In this document: positions 1 to 9,425 of the stretch, piece by piece
Position numbering within the stretch: the first letter of the stretch is position 1
How the letters are laid out: the number at the start of each line of letters is the position of its first letter
From: an uncultured Bacillales bacterium
Lineage (GTDB): Bacteria > Bacillota_I > Bacilli_A > RF39 > UBA660
Direction: 5' to 3'
Length of the DNA stretch: 59,012 bases
NCBI GenBank assembly: GCA_947164795.1
Contig: CAMUXV010000003.1
Location: 1-59,012 of the forward strand
Notes under the pieces: generated by a model
Told to the model about the DNA's origin: nothing
The model's database searches: none
Seen by the model: only the letters and a program-made list of their open reading frames with translations
Made by a program: the position numbers and the translations under genes

Positions 1-145
1 GATTAATCACTTTTTAAATGGTTTATAGTCTCACATCAATTGTAACACAACAAAATTATATAATAAATATTTTAATTTAAGTTGTAAAGTAGAAAAAAAT
101 GTGTTATTATTTTATTAGATTATAAATAATAGAGAGGTGATTATA

Positions 146-760
146 GTGAAATTTAGAAAGTTAATGTTAGTTTTAACTTTTACTGTTTCTATTATTTTTG
201 TTACCGTAATAGGGGCTACATATGCTTATTACAGTACTAGTGGTGGTAGTATTGGGGGAACTACTGGTAATGTTGGTAATCCTATTAATGTGGTATTTAA
301 TAATTCTGATTATGTTGATTTTAATACTGGAATACCTATATCATCAAGTGATGTTGAGACTAAGGCTAGTAAAACTACTTTTACTTTAACTCCTAATAAT
401 GCTGTTATTAATGATTATGATATTAGCGTTGATATTATATTATCTAATATTGACATTGATAATGCTTTAAAAGCAAGTGATTTTAAGTATAGACTTAAAT
501 GTACACATAGTGTAACTGGTAATAGTCAAATATTTAATGGTAATGGTTCTAGTTTGACTAGTAATTCTTATACTATAGCTAGTTTATCTACGACTAATAG
601 TGGTAATAATATATTTTATATAGATACTAATGCTAATTCACAAAGTTATAGTTGTACATTATATTTATGGCTTGAAGAATCTGGAGTTAGTCAGAATACT
701 TTAATGGGCAAACATTTTGGAGCTAATATTGAAGTTAGTTCAATGATGAAGAAGAGGTAA
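146..760 (+). CDS. small secreted beta-rich protein with TasA/SipW-type signal peptide
   Basis: ORF 137..760. GTG at 146 lies 5 nt after AGAGGTGA. N-terminus MKFRKLMLVLTFTVSIIFVTVIGATYAYYSTS has a basic n-region, a hydrophobic core and a G-x-T-x-A-aromatic motif. The C-terminal strand LYLWLEESG is shared with the next two genes. Confidence 0.55.
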   Translation: MKFRKLMLVLTFTVSIIFVTVIGATYAYYSTSGGSIGGTTGNVGNPINVVFNNSDYVDFNTGIPISSSDVETKASKTTFTLTPNNAVINDYDISVDIILSNIDIDNALKASDFKYRLKCTHSVTGNSQIFNGNGSSLTSNSYTIASLSTTNSGNNIFYIDTNANSQSYSCTLYLWLEESGVSQNTLMGKHFGANIEVSSMMKKR

Positions 761-765
761 TATTT

Positions 766-1329
766 ATGGATAAGAGAAGAAATGTAATTGTTTCTGTTTT
801 GGGTGTTCTTTCTATTATTGCTGTTGTTGCTAGTGTTTCGTATGCCTTCTTTAGATTTGCCACGAATAGTGGTAATATTGAAACTACTGCGGGTAAATTA
901 GACATTGATTATAATATTAGTGAACCTAATTTAACAGGAGTTTTGATACCTTCTGCTACTAGAAGTGGTGGTGTAATGGAAAGTGTAACTGCTAAGTTAA
1001 GAACAGGTAGTGTTGATGGAGCAATTAATTTATATATTAATCCTACTGCTATTAGTGGTATTCCACTTAATGCACTATCTTATGATGTTGATGTTATAGA
1101 TACTTCTAGTAATATACTAAATCATTATAGTGGTGACTTTAGTACTGCTACGATAAATACTCCATATAAGATAGTAGATGCTTATGATTTAAGTACTAAT
1201 TTACTTACATTTAATATTTATATATGGTTAGATGGTTCTAAAATTAATAATGAAAACTTTGATAGTAATAATAGTTTTACTGCTGTAATAACTGCTGACT
1301 CTATTCATGTTACTGGAGAATTTGATTAA
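766..1329 (+). CDS. TasA/camelysin-like secreted protein with SipW-type signal peptide
   Basis: N-terminus MDKRRNVIVSVLGVLSIIAVVASVSYAFFRFATNS is followed by TTAGKLDIDY, which resembles the SGTLDL block of TasA/camelysin. GAGGT RBS. 5-nt gap to the upstream gene. Confidence 0.55.
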   Translation: MDKRRNVIVSVLGVLSIIAVVASVSYAFFRFATNSGNIETTAGKLDIDYNISEPNLTGVLIPSATRSGGVMESVTAKLRTGSVDGAINLYINPTAISGIPLNALSYDVDVIDTSSNILNHYSGDFSTATINTPYKIVDAYDLSTNLLTFNIYIWLDGSKINNENFDSNNSFTAVITADSIHVTGEFD

Positions 1330-1409
1330 TAGATGGGATAGTGATAATTATGGTAATTAATTATTTAAATAGTTATCACTTTTTTCTAGTGTTATAGAGG
1401 GTGAATATA

Positions 1410-3530
1410 ATGAATAAAATAAAAAACTTAAGTAAAAAGAGTAAAATAATAGTTATATCTATAGTAGTATTTGTACTTTTATTAATTGGAGGTACTCTAG
1501 CTTGGCTAGAATGGTCTAGTGAAATTAATGCTTTAGTAAATGGCAGAGTATGTGCTCCTGAAATAGTATTTTTAGGTGGAACTACGATTAATGGTAATGG
1601 ACTTAGACCTGTTTCCAATAAGGAAAATGGTCTTAAAAAAGATATAAATGTTAACTTAGAAAATCTTTGCGAAAATGATACCGCTACTATGGACTTGTAT
1701 CTAAAATTAGAAGTATTTCCTTCAGGGCTCGCAGATGAAACTTTCGTATGGGAATTATATAGAGTAACCACTACTGAGGTAAATAATGAAACAGTAGAAA
1801 CACTAACACTACTTAATGATGGTAATTTTGAAAATAAAGCACAAAACGATACAATAGAACTAACTGATAATACACAAATAATAACAAGTAATATATCTAA
1901 CTATAGATTATATATCTATCTAGATGGTACTCAAGATAATCCAGCATCTACTCAAAACCAATTCTTTAAATTTAGTATTTATGGTCAGGGGAGAGACGCC
2001 ATATATAAAGCTGATACCGTTAGTAATTCACTACTAACTGGTACAAATAATTCATACTTTTTAGTAGAAAATTTACCTAAAACGGATATTGAAAGTATTG
2101 ATATAGTACCATTTAATAGATTACCAGAAGGACAAGATGTAGATATATCTGCTAATGGTGATGGTAGTGTACTACTTACTTATGTAGATGATGATGATGA
2201 TGGACTATATGAAGTATATTTAGGAACAAGTAATGGACTATTAAAAATGAATACTAAAATGGATTATATGTTTGCAGGACTAACTAATGTATCAACATTA
2301 GATTTATCAAGATTAGACACCTCTAATGTAACTAGCATGGTAGGAGTATTTTATAATTCTCCAAGTCTTACTAATATTAATATGAGTACATGGGATACTA
2401 GTAATGTAACAACAATGTATAGTATGTTTCAGAGCTCAAAAGGATTAACGATGCTCAACTTAAGTAGCTTCAACACAACAAGTGTAAAAAATATGGCAAA
2501 AATGTTTTATGATTGTAGTGGCCTAACGACACTCGATTTAAGTAGTTTTTATACGCCAGAATTAACTACTGTTACGGATTTTATTTATGGAATGTTTCAG
2601 GGCTGTACAAGTCTTGAAACACTTGACATGAGAAATTTTGATGTGTCTAAAGTAGGTAATCTTTCTAGAATGTTTGGCGATTGTAGAAGTTTGAAAACAC
2701 TTGATTTGAGTAATTTTTATACCACATCAGCAACTAATATGAATACAATGTTTAGTGGTTGTTCTAGTTTAGAAACATTGGATATAAGTAATTTTAATAC
2801 ATCTAAAGTTGAAAATATGGAAAGTATGTTTCGAAATTGCTCAAAGTTGAAGGAACTAGATATTGATCATTTTAATACTGAGAAAGTAACAAAAATGAAT
2901 GCTATGTTTTATAATTGCGCAAGCCTTGTCAATTTGGATTTAAGTAGTTTTAATACTGAACTTGTTACTACCATGAATTCTATGTTTTATGGATGTAGTG
3001 AATTAGTGACTCTAAACGTCAGTTCATTCAATACAGAAAAAGTAACGAATATGGGAGCAATGTTTTATAGCTGTAGTAAACTAAAAAAATTAAATTTAAG
3101 CAATTTTTATACACCATTATTAACTACAGTTAGGGAATTTATTTATGGAATGTTCGCAGGGTGTTCTAGTTTGGAGGAATTGAATGTAAGTAATTTTGAT
3201 ACATCGCATGTGGCAGATATGTATAGTATGTTTAGTGGTTGCTCTTCGTTGACAAATCTTGATTTAAGCAGCTTTGAAAGTACCAGTTTAACATCTACTG
3301 GAACAATGGCTGGCTTAAATGGTACATTTTCAGGTTGTACAAGTTTAACAGCAATAAACTTAAGTAAGATTGATTTTAGTGTAATTAATTCATATAACTC
3401 TACTTTTAATAATGTACCTGCAGGATGTGAAATTATAGTTAAAGATTGTACTGAATTTGATGATTTTGTTGGTATGTTCGGAAGTAAAAGTGGATTACAT
3501 ACTGTAAATAATGACAGTTGTACTGCGTAA
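1410..3530 (+). CDS. BspA-family / DUF285 leucine-rich-repeat surface protein with TasA/SipW-type signal peptide
   Basis: ATG at 1410 follows AGGGTGA. N-terminus ...VVFVLLLIGGTLAWLEWSSE. About 14 tandem ~26-aa repeats of type NFNTSKVxNMxxMFxxCSxLxxLDLS, the Mycoplasma DUF285/BspA LRR pattern. Confidence 0.7.
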   Translation: MNKIKNLSKKSKIIVISIVVFVLLLIGGTLAWLEWSSEINALVNGRVCAPEIVFLGGTTINGNGLRPVSNKENGLKKDINVNLENLCENDTATMDLYLKLEVFPSGLADETFVWELYRVTTTEVNNETVETLTLLNDGNFENKAQNDTIELTDNTQIITSNISNYRLYIYLDGTQDNPASTQNQFFKFSIYGQGRDAIYKADTVSNSLLTGTNNSYFLVENLPKTDIESIDIVPFNRLPEGQDVDISANGDGSVLLTYVDDDDDGLYEVYLGTSNGLLKMNTKMDYMFAGLTNVSTLDLSRLDTSNVTSMVGVFYNSPSLTNINMSTWDTSNVTTMYSMFQSSKGLTMLNLSSFNTTSVKNMAKMFYDCSGLTTLDLSSFYTPELTTVTDFIYGMFQGCTSLETLDMRNFDVSKVGNLSRMFGDCRSLKTLDLSNFYTTSATNMNTMFSGCSSLETLDISNFNTSKVENMESMFRNCSKLKELDIDHFNTEKVTKMNAMFYNCASLVNLDLSSFNTELVTTMNSMFYGCSELVTLNVSSFNTEKVTNMGAMFYSCSKLKKLNLSNFYTPLLTTVREFIYGMFAGCSSLEELNVSNFDTSHVADMYSMFSGCSSLTNLDLSSFESTSLTSTGTMAGLNGTFSGCTSLTAINLSKIDFSVINSYNSTFNNVPAGCEIIVKDCTEFDDFVGMFGSKSGLHTVNNDSCTA

Positions 3531-3592
3531 ATAATTATACTAAGGACTAGATTTTAAATTAACAAAGTTAATTATATATAGAAATATAAAAG

Positions 3593-3624
3593 AGTTGATG
3601 TTTATTAAGCATTAACTTTTTTTA
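3593..3624 (+). terminator. rho-independent terminator after the LRR gene
   Basis: 8-bp stem AGTTGATG/CATTAACT (one G-U pair), 9-nt loop, then a T7 run. Confidence 0.5.
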
Positions 3625-3668
3625 TATCACAGAATACGAACATTTGTTTATAAATATGAAAAAATATA

Positions 3669-3697
3669 TTGACATTGGTATTATTATTAAATATAAT
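3669..3697 (+). promoter_or_regulatory. sigma-A type promoter TTGACA-17-TATAAT
   Basis: TTGACA at 3669-3674 and TATAAT at 3692-3697, about 55 nt upstream of the 3751 start. Confidence 0.5.
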
Positions 3698-3750
3698 AAA
3701 TGTTAAATGATATTAGAGTGTATGATATCAAAAAGAAAGGGTGATTTAGA

Positions 3751-4605
3751 ATGACAAATAAGTTAGAAACGATTACAAAGTTATTTGAAGAGAAAGAAAT
3801 AAGAAGTATATGGGATAGCGAGAAAGAAGATTATTATTTTAGTGTGGTTGATGTGATTAGTGCGTTAACTGATAGTCCAAGACCTAGAAAGTATTGGAAT
3901 GATTTGAAAAGAAATTTAGATAAAGAGGGAAGTGAGTTGTCCGAAAAAATCGGACAACTGAAAATGAAATCTAAAGATGGGAAACTAAGGGATACTGATA
4001 CTTTAGATACTGAAGGTATATTTAGGTTAATAGAGTCAGTCCCTAGTCCTAAAGCTGAACCTTTTAAGTTATGGCTTGCTAAACTTGGTAAAGAGAGAAT
4101 TGATGAAGTGTTTGATCCTGAAATAGCTATTAAAAGATCTATAGAATATTATAAAAGAAAGGGTTATACTGATGCATGGATAGAGGCTAGAATTAAAGCT
4201 ATATTAAATAGAAATAAACTTACTGATGTATGGAAAGAGGGAGGTATTAATACTCCTACTGAATATGCAATACTTACTAATGATATATATAAAGAGTGGT
4301 CTGGTATGACTGCGAAGGGGTATAAAGAATATAAAGGATTACATAAGGAAAGTTTAAGAGATAATATGAGTGATATTGAAGTTGCTCTTACTGATTTGGG
4401 GAAAATTACTACTAGAGAACTGGCGAAGAAATTTAAACCAAGTGGACTAGATGAAAATAGAATAATAGCTAAAAAGGGTGGTAATATTGCTAAAATTACT
4501 AGGAATAATATTGAGAAGGAACTTAAAGAAAATGTTGTTACGAGAGATAATAATTTAAATTATGAATATATAGATGATAGTGGTAGATTAATAGAGGATA
4601 AATAA
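3751..4605 (+). CDS. Bro-N domain / DinD-like (DNA-damage-inducible protein D family) protein
   Basis: N-terminal block IRSIWDSEKEDYYFSVVDVISALTDS...KYWNDLK is Bro-N-like. The C-terminal half (NKLTDVWKEGGI...GYKEYKGLHKESLRDNMSDIEVALTDLG...) resembles E. coli DinD as recalled from memory. Confidence 0.55.
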   Translation: MTNKLETITKLFEEKEIRSIWDSEKEDYYFSVVDVISALTDSPRPRKYWNDLKRNLDKEGSELSEKIGQLKMKSKDGKLRDTDTLDTEGIFRLIESVPSPKAEPFKLWLAKLGKERIDEVFDPEIAIKRSIEYYKRKGYTDAWIEARIKAILNRNKLTDVWKEGGINTPTEYAILTNDIYKEWSGMTAKGYKEYKGLHKESLRDNMSDIEVALTDLGKITTRELAKKFKPSGLDENRIIAKKGGNIAKITRNNIEKELKENVVTRDNNLNYEYIDDSGRLIEDK

Positions 4606-4678
4606 TATAGTAAGTAAACTAAGGGTTTATTTACTTTATTTTTTTATGAATATGTAGTATGATTATTATGGTGATAAT

Positions 4679-5719
4679 ATGAATATAGGAAGTATTATTG
4701 TTAATATAAATAGTGTTAAAGATATAGAAAAGATAAATAAAGATACTAAGTATATTAATATTAGTATTGATAATATTGATATAGGAGTTATAGATTATTT
4801 ATTAGTTAATGGTAAGGATTATTTATATAGTGATAGTATTAATGCTATTAATGGATATATATATGTTAATTATGATATGTTTGTTGGTAGTGAGAAAGTT
4901 ATTGATAATATTATAGATAGGATGCCTAGTAATTTGAGTAATATAGAAAAGATTAGATATGTGTATATTTATTTAGGTAAGATTCTTAGTAGTGATATTA
5001 ATACTATAGAAGATAAGAATGAAGTTATATCTTTTAGTAATATTAGTACTATAAATAATATATGGGGTAGTATTAATAAGGGTAAGACTAATGATATTAC
5101 TGTATCTAAGATATTTATGTATATATTAAATAGAATTGGTATTAAGAGTGAACTTATTAATAGTAGTGTTAATTGTATTGGTAATAAGGTATATTTAGAT
5201 GATAACAAATTTATAGTGGTTAATTTATTTAATGATTTAGCTTATATACAAGGGGGATTTTGTTTAAGATACTTTGATAAGTATAATAGTGATAAAAAGA
5301 TAGATAAGAAACTTGGATATATAAGTGATGAGTATACGGATTATTATTTGAATAAGACTTTATCTGATATTGATTTATTAGATAGTAATGTCGTAGAGAT
5401 TATTTTGTCTTTAACTGAAAAGATTATTGATATAGAGAATATTGGTACTTTAGAATTATCGAAGATATATAGGGATATTTTTGATAAGTATTTACCTAAT
5501 TATGATGTTAGAATTAATAATTTTTATGTTGTGGATAGTAGTAATAAAAAGCATTTTATTGTTATTAATTATGGAGAAGAGTATTATAGTTATAATTATA
5601 ATAAGAAGTGTTTTATGAAAGTTAAATATGAAGATATTTATAAGAATTTAGAAAATCATTTAATTGGTTTATATAATGATGAGAATTTTATTAAAGATAG
5701 GAAAGAAGTTAGGGTATGA
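4679..5719 (+). CDS. hypothetical protein
   Basis: Long ORF with a GGTGA RBS. Its stop overlaps the next start (ATGA). A faint transglutaminase-like context (SKIFMYILNRIGIKSELINS) lacks the catalytic Cys. Confidence 0.4.
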   Translation: MNIGSIIVNINSVKDIEKINKDTKYINISIDNIDIGVIDYLLVNGKDYLYSDSINAINGYIYVNYDMFVGSEKVIDNIIDRMPSNLSNIEKIRYVYIYLGKILSSDINTIEDKNEVISFSNISTINNIWGSINKGKTNDITVSKIFMYILNRIGIKSELINSSVNCIGNKVYLDDNKFIVVNLFNDLAYIQGGFCLRYFDKYNSDKKIDKKLGYISDEYTDYYLNKTLSDIDLLDSNVVEIILSLTEKIIDIENIGTLELSKIYRDIFDKYLPNYDVRINNFYVVDSSNKKHFIVINYGEEYYSYNYNKKCFMKVKYEDIYKNLENHLIGLYNDENFIKDRKEVRV

Positions 5720-6900
5720 TTGTTAAGATAGATAATTTGTCTCATGATTTAAAGGGTATTGCTAAAGTTAATGGTAAGGTTACTTTTATAGATAATGCTT
5801 TACCAGATGAAGTAGTTAATATTAAAATAATGGAAGAGAAGAAGAATTTTAATAAAGGAAAGGTTATTTCTTATATAGAAAAGAGTAAGGATAGAATAGA
5901 AAATATTTGTCCTTATTTTGATAGATGTGGTGGTTGTTCTTTTGGTGGTACTATTGAATATAAGAAGAATATTTTTATGGATATATTTAAGAGATATGCT
6001 AATATGGATATTAATCCTAATGTTATATATGGTGATAATATTTATGGATATAGAAATAAGATTAGTATGAAGGTTAATAATGGAAATCTTTCTTTAGTAG
6101 AAGAAAATTCCACAGAACTTGTAGATATAAATAAATGCTTACTTTGTAATGATAAGATTAATATGGTTATTGAAAAGTTATCTAGTGTTAATTTAGATGG
6201 GCTTAATGAAGTAATTATTCGTGGTACTGATAGTATTATGGTTATATTAAAGGGAGAATATGATTATGATATTATTATTAAATTATTAGATGGTTATGTA
6301 GATAGTATTATATATAATGATATATGTGTATATGGTGATGAATATATTACTATTAATGTAGGTAAATATAAATATAGAGTATATCCTGAATCTTTTTTTC
6401 AAGTTAATACTTTGATGATTAGTAAGTTATATGATAAAGTTAAAGAGTATGCTGGTAAAGGAGATAAACTCTTAGACTTATATTGTGGTGCTGGTACAAT
6501 TGGTATTTATTTAGCGGATAACTTTAATAAAGTAAGAGGTATTGAAATTAATAAGGATGCGATAAGAGGAGCTAATCTTAATAAAGAGATTAATGTTATT
6601 AATAATATTTCTTTTGAGTTAGGTAACGCTAATAATATCAAGATAGAAGAAGATATAGTAGTAGTGGATCCTCCGAGAAGTGGACTTGATGATAAGACAA
6701 GAAATATTATTATTAATTCTAATATTAAGAAATTAGTATATGTATCTTGTAATCCTGTTACTTTAGCTAGGGATATTAATATATTTAAAGATAAATATGA
6801 TATAAAGAGTGTTACTTTATTTGATAACTTTCCTAATACTATTCATATGGAGAGTGTGTGTCTGTTAGAAAGAAAAAATGAACTATTAGATAATTTCTAA
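5716..6900 (+). CDS. 23S rRNA (uracil-C5)-methyltransferase, RumA/RlmD family (TRAM + Fe-S Cys cluster + SAM methyltransferase)
   Basis: TRAM-like N-terminus, CPYFDRCGGCSF cluster, FFQVN, LLDLYCGAGTIG, VVVDPPRSGL, VYVSCNPVTLARD. Confidence 0.85.
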   Translation: MIVKIDNLSHDLKGIAKVNGKVTFIDNALPDEVVNIKIMEEKKNFNKGKVISYIEKSKDRIENICPYFDRCGGCSFGGTIEYKKNIFMDIFKRYANMDINPNVIYGDNIYGYRNKISMKVNNGNLSLVEENSTELVDINKCLLCNDKINMVIEKLSSVNLDGLNEVIIRGTDSIMVILKGEYDYDIIIKLLDGYVDSIIYNDICVYGDEYITINVGKYKYRVYPESFFQVNTLMISKLYDKVKEYAGKGDKLLDLYCGAGTIGIYLADNFNKVRGIEINKDAIRGANLNKEINVINNISFELGNANNIKIEEDIVVVDPPRSGLDDKTRNIIINSNIKKLVYVSCNPVTLARDINIFKDKYDIKSVTLFDNFPNTIHMESVCLLERKNELLDNF

Positions 6901-6975
6901 TAGTTGATAACAAATGGTTAACTGTGATGAAGGCGGTTTTAAAATGGGAAGAGAAGAAATTACTTAGGTGTAAGT

Positions 6976-7608
6976 ATGAGAAGATATGATAATAAGAATA
7001 TTAATTATGATAAGTTAGTTGGTTATGGTTTTAAGGTAGAGGAAGATAATTATATATATAATAAAAAAATTCATAATGATGAATTTAATGTTATTGTTAG
7101 TGTTTGTGATGGAGTGATTACTTCTAAAATAGTTGAAATAGATAATAATGAAGAATATGTACTTGTGGATACATCTTCTATTGGTAGTTTTATATTAGAA
7201 ATTAATAATGAATATTAAGATGTTATTAATGATATATTTAGTAAATGTTTAGATAATTATAATTTATCTAATGAGGTTATTTCTTATATTAAAAAAAGAT
7301 ATGATGATGAATTAGAATATTTATGGGAGAAGTTTCCTAGTTATGCTGTAGTTAGAAATAAGAGTAATAAGAAGTGGTATGCTTTAATAGCAGAGATAGA
7401 AAAGAATAAATTAATAGGGGAATCTAAGGAACTAATATGGGTGCTTAATTTAAGATGCGATATGGATATTGTTGATGGCATTAACATATTTCCTGGATAT
7501 CATATGAATAAAAAAAACTGGATTAGTATTGATTTATGTGGTAATATAGATATAGAAGTTGTTTATAATCTTATTGATAAAAGCTTCGAACTTTCAGGGA
7601 GGAAATAG
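6976..7608 (+). pseudogene. two-domain MmcQ/YjbR-family gene interrupted by an in-frame TAA (7216-7218)
   Basis: The 80-codon ORF 6976..7218 continues in the same frame for 129 further sense codons to TAG at 7606-7608. That stretch encodes ELEYLWEKFPSYAVVRNKSNKKWYALI...IFPGYHMNKKNWISIDL (YjbR/MmcQ signature). The only in-frame start codons after the stop lie at 7441 or later, inside the conserved domain. Confidence 0.6.
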
Positions 7609-7610
7609 AT

Positions 7611-7943
7611 ATGGATAGAGAAAAGATTGTTATTGCTGCTAGAGAAATAATTGAGGGGCAAAATGGTTATTTGAATTATTTGGAAGAATATTTTGAGTTT
7701 ATTAGATATAGAAATATTACTAGACGTAGTGAGATAGAGAGATTGTTGGATACAGTGTTAGGAATGATACAGACTGATGAGACGATGGATTTATATACTA
7801 GGATATGTTTATATTATCATGCTATTGATAGGGAATCTGCGATGGATTATGCACAGTATTATTTAGAAATGTATAATGAAGATAATGTTATAAGAGAAGT
7901 TATGAAGACAGAAAGAGAGATAAAAAAGTATGCAAAAAAGTAA
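7611..7943 (+). CDS. hypothetical helical protein
   Basis: ORF overlapping the next gene by 14 nt. No family recognised. Confidence 0.4.
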   Translation: MDREKIVIAAREIIEGQNGYLNYLEEYFEFIRYRNITRRSEIERLLDTVLGMIQTDETMDLYTRICLYYHAIDRESAMDYAQYYLEMYNEDNVIREVMKTEREIKKYAKK

Positions 7944-8820
7944 GGTTTATTTTACGAAAGAGATTAGCAGTGATAGTTTAATTAGGATATATGAGGCTCT
8001 TGGAGTAGAGCTTACTGGTAATGTTGGTATTAAGGTATCTACTGGTGAAAAAGGATCTAAAGGTTATTTAAAGGCTGATTTAATTGGACCTTTAGTTAAG
8101 AAATTAAATGGTACGATAATTGAGTGTAATACAGCGTATCCTGGAGCTAGAACTAGTTATGAAGAACATATTAAGGTAGCTGAAGAACATGGCTTTACTA
8201 GTGTAGCAGATGTAGATATTATGGATAAAGATGGTGAATTTAAAATACCTGTTAAAAATGGTAAACATTTGAAGTATGATATAGTAGGGGATCATTTAAA
8301 GAATTATGATAGTATGTTAAATCTTGCCCATGGTAAAGGTCACGCTATGGGAGGATTTGGGGCTAACTTAAAGAATCAATCGATAGGGGTAGCATCAAGA
8401 AATGGGAAAGCTTATATTCATAGTTGTGGACAAGATGATAATCCAGATACTGCTTGGGGCTGTAAATATGAACAAAAGGATTTTATAGAAAGTATGGCAG
8501 AAGCTGCGAAAGCTGTTAGTGATTACTTTGAAGAGAATAATAAGAAAATTGTATATATTACTGTTATGAATGCTCTTAGTGTTGACTGTGATTGTGATGC
8601 TAATCAAGGGGAACCTGTTATGAATGATATTGGTATTATTGGTAGTTTGGATCCTGTTGCTAACGATCAAGCGTTTATTGGTATGATATGGAATAGTACT
8701 GATGAAGGGGCTCGTTTACTTAGAGAAAGGGTAGATAGACAGGAAGGAAGACATATTCTTAAATATGCTGAAAGTATTGGTCTTGGTACTACAGATTATG
8801 AATTTGTTAAGATAAATTAA
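7930..8820 (+). CDS. DUF362 domain-containing protein
   Basis: KVYFTKEIS...GIKVSTGEKGSKGYL...IIECNTAYPGAR...EEHGF and a C-terminal SVDCDCD motif, all typical of DUF362. Confidence 0.55.
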   Translation: MQKSKVYFTKEISSDSLIRIYEALGVELTGNVGIKVSTGEKGSKGYLKADLIGPLVKKLNGTIIECNTAYPGARTSYEEHIKVAEEHGFTSVADVDIMDKDGEFKIPVKNGKHLKYDIVGDHLKNYDSMLNLAHGKGHAMGGFGANLKNQSIGVASRNGKAYIHSCGQDDNPDTAWGCKYEQKDFIESMAEAAKAVSDYFEENNKKIVYITVMNALSVDCDCDANQGEPVMNDIGIIGSLDPVANDQAFIGMIWNSTDEGARLLRERVDRQEGRHILKYAESIGLGTTDYEFVKIN

Positions 8821-8829
8821 GGTGAAATA

Positions 8830-9423
8830 ATGGATGATAGATATGTTAAATATTTAACTGAAAAAATATATTCTTCTAGAGAAAGAGATAATTCGGAATT
8901 AGCTGAGAGGGAATTAAGATTATTTTTTAATGAGTTGGTAGAAAGAAAAAGAGATGATCCTTTTGAAGGTGGAGTTCAAGCATCAATAGTAGTCCTTTCT
9001 GATAGTTTTGCGGCAAAGGTAACAGAAGATGATGGTCATGGTCTTCATTCTTGTGCTGTTATCAATTTGATAAAATATTTAAAAGGTGATTATAAATTTT
9101 ATAGTCAGAAAGCGATGAGATTTCCAATGCTTTATTTAGAACAAAGGAGTATTCTTAGTGAAAATGGCGTTGAAGTTAGAATTCTTGATGGTAGTGAGAA
9201 TTTAATGCTTGCCATATCATCTTTTAATAATATTAATGATTATCAAAAAGATATAATAAAAAAAGTAATATCTATTTGTAATGATATTATCGATAATTAT
9301 CAAAATATAGAGATTGGTATACATGCTCCAAATGTAATTGTGGAATTTACAAACTTAAATAAAGAAAGCTATGAAAATATTATTAATAGTATTACTGAAA
9401 GTAATAGTAAAATTAAGAGGTAG
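8830..9423 (+). CDS. hypothetical protein
   Basis: ORF only. No family recognised. Confidence 0.4.
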   Translation: MDDRYVKYLTEKIYSSRERDNSELAERELRLFFNELVERKRDDPFEGGVQASIVVLSDSFAAKVTEDDGHGLHSCAVINLIKYLKGDYKFYSQKAMRFPMLYLEQRSILSENGVEVRILDGSENLMLAISSFNNINDYQKDIIKKVISICNDIIDNYQNIEIGIHAPNVIVEFTNLNKESYENIINSITESNSKIKR

Positions 9424-9425
9424 TG

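Noticed and set aside
3935-3959. Perfect 10-bp inverted repeat AGTTGTCCGA-AAAAA-TCGGACAACT inside the DinD-like CDS.
   Set aside because: It is in-frame coding sequence (SELSEKIGQL) with no T-run. Nothing ties it to regulation, so a chance palindrome or local mRNA structure is the simpler reading.
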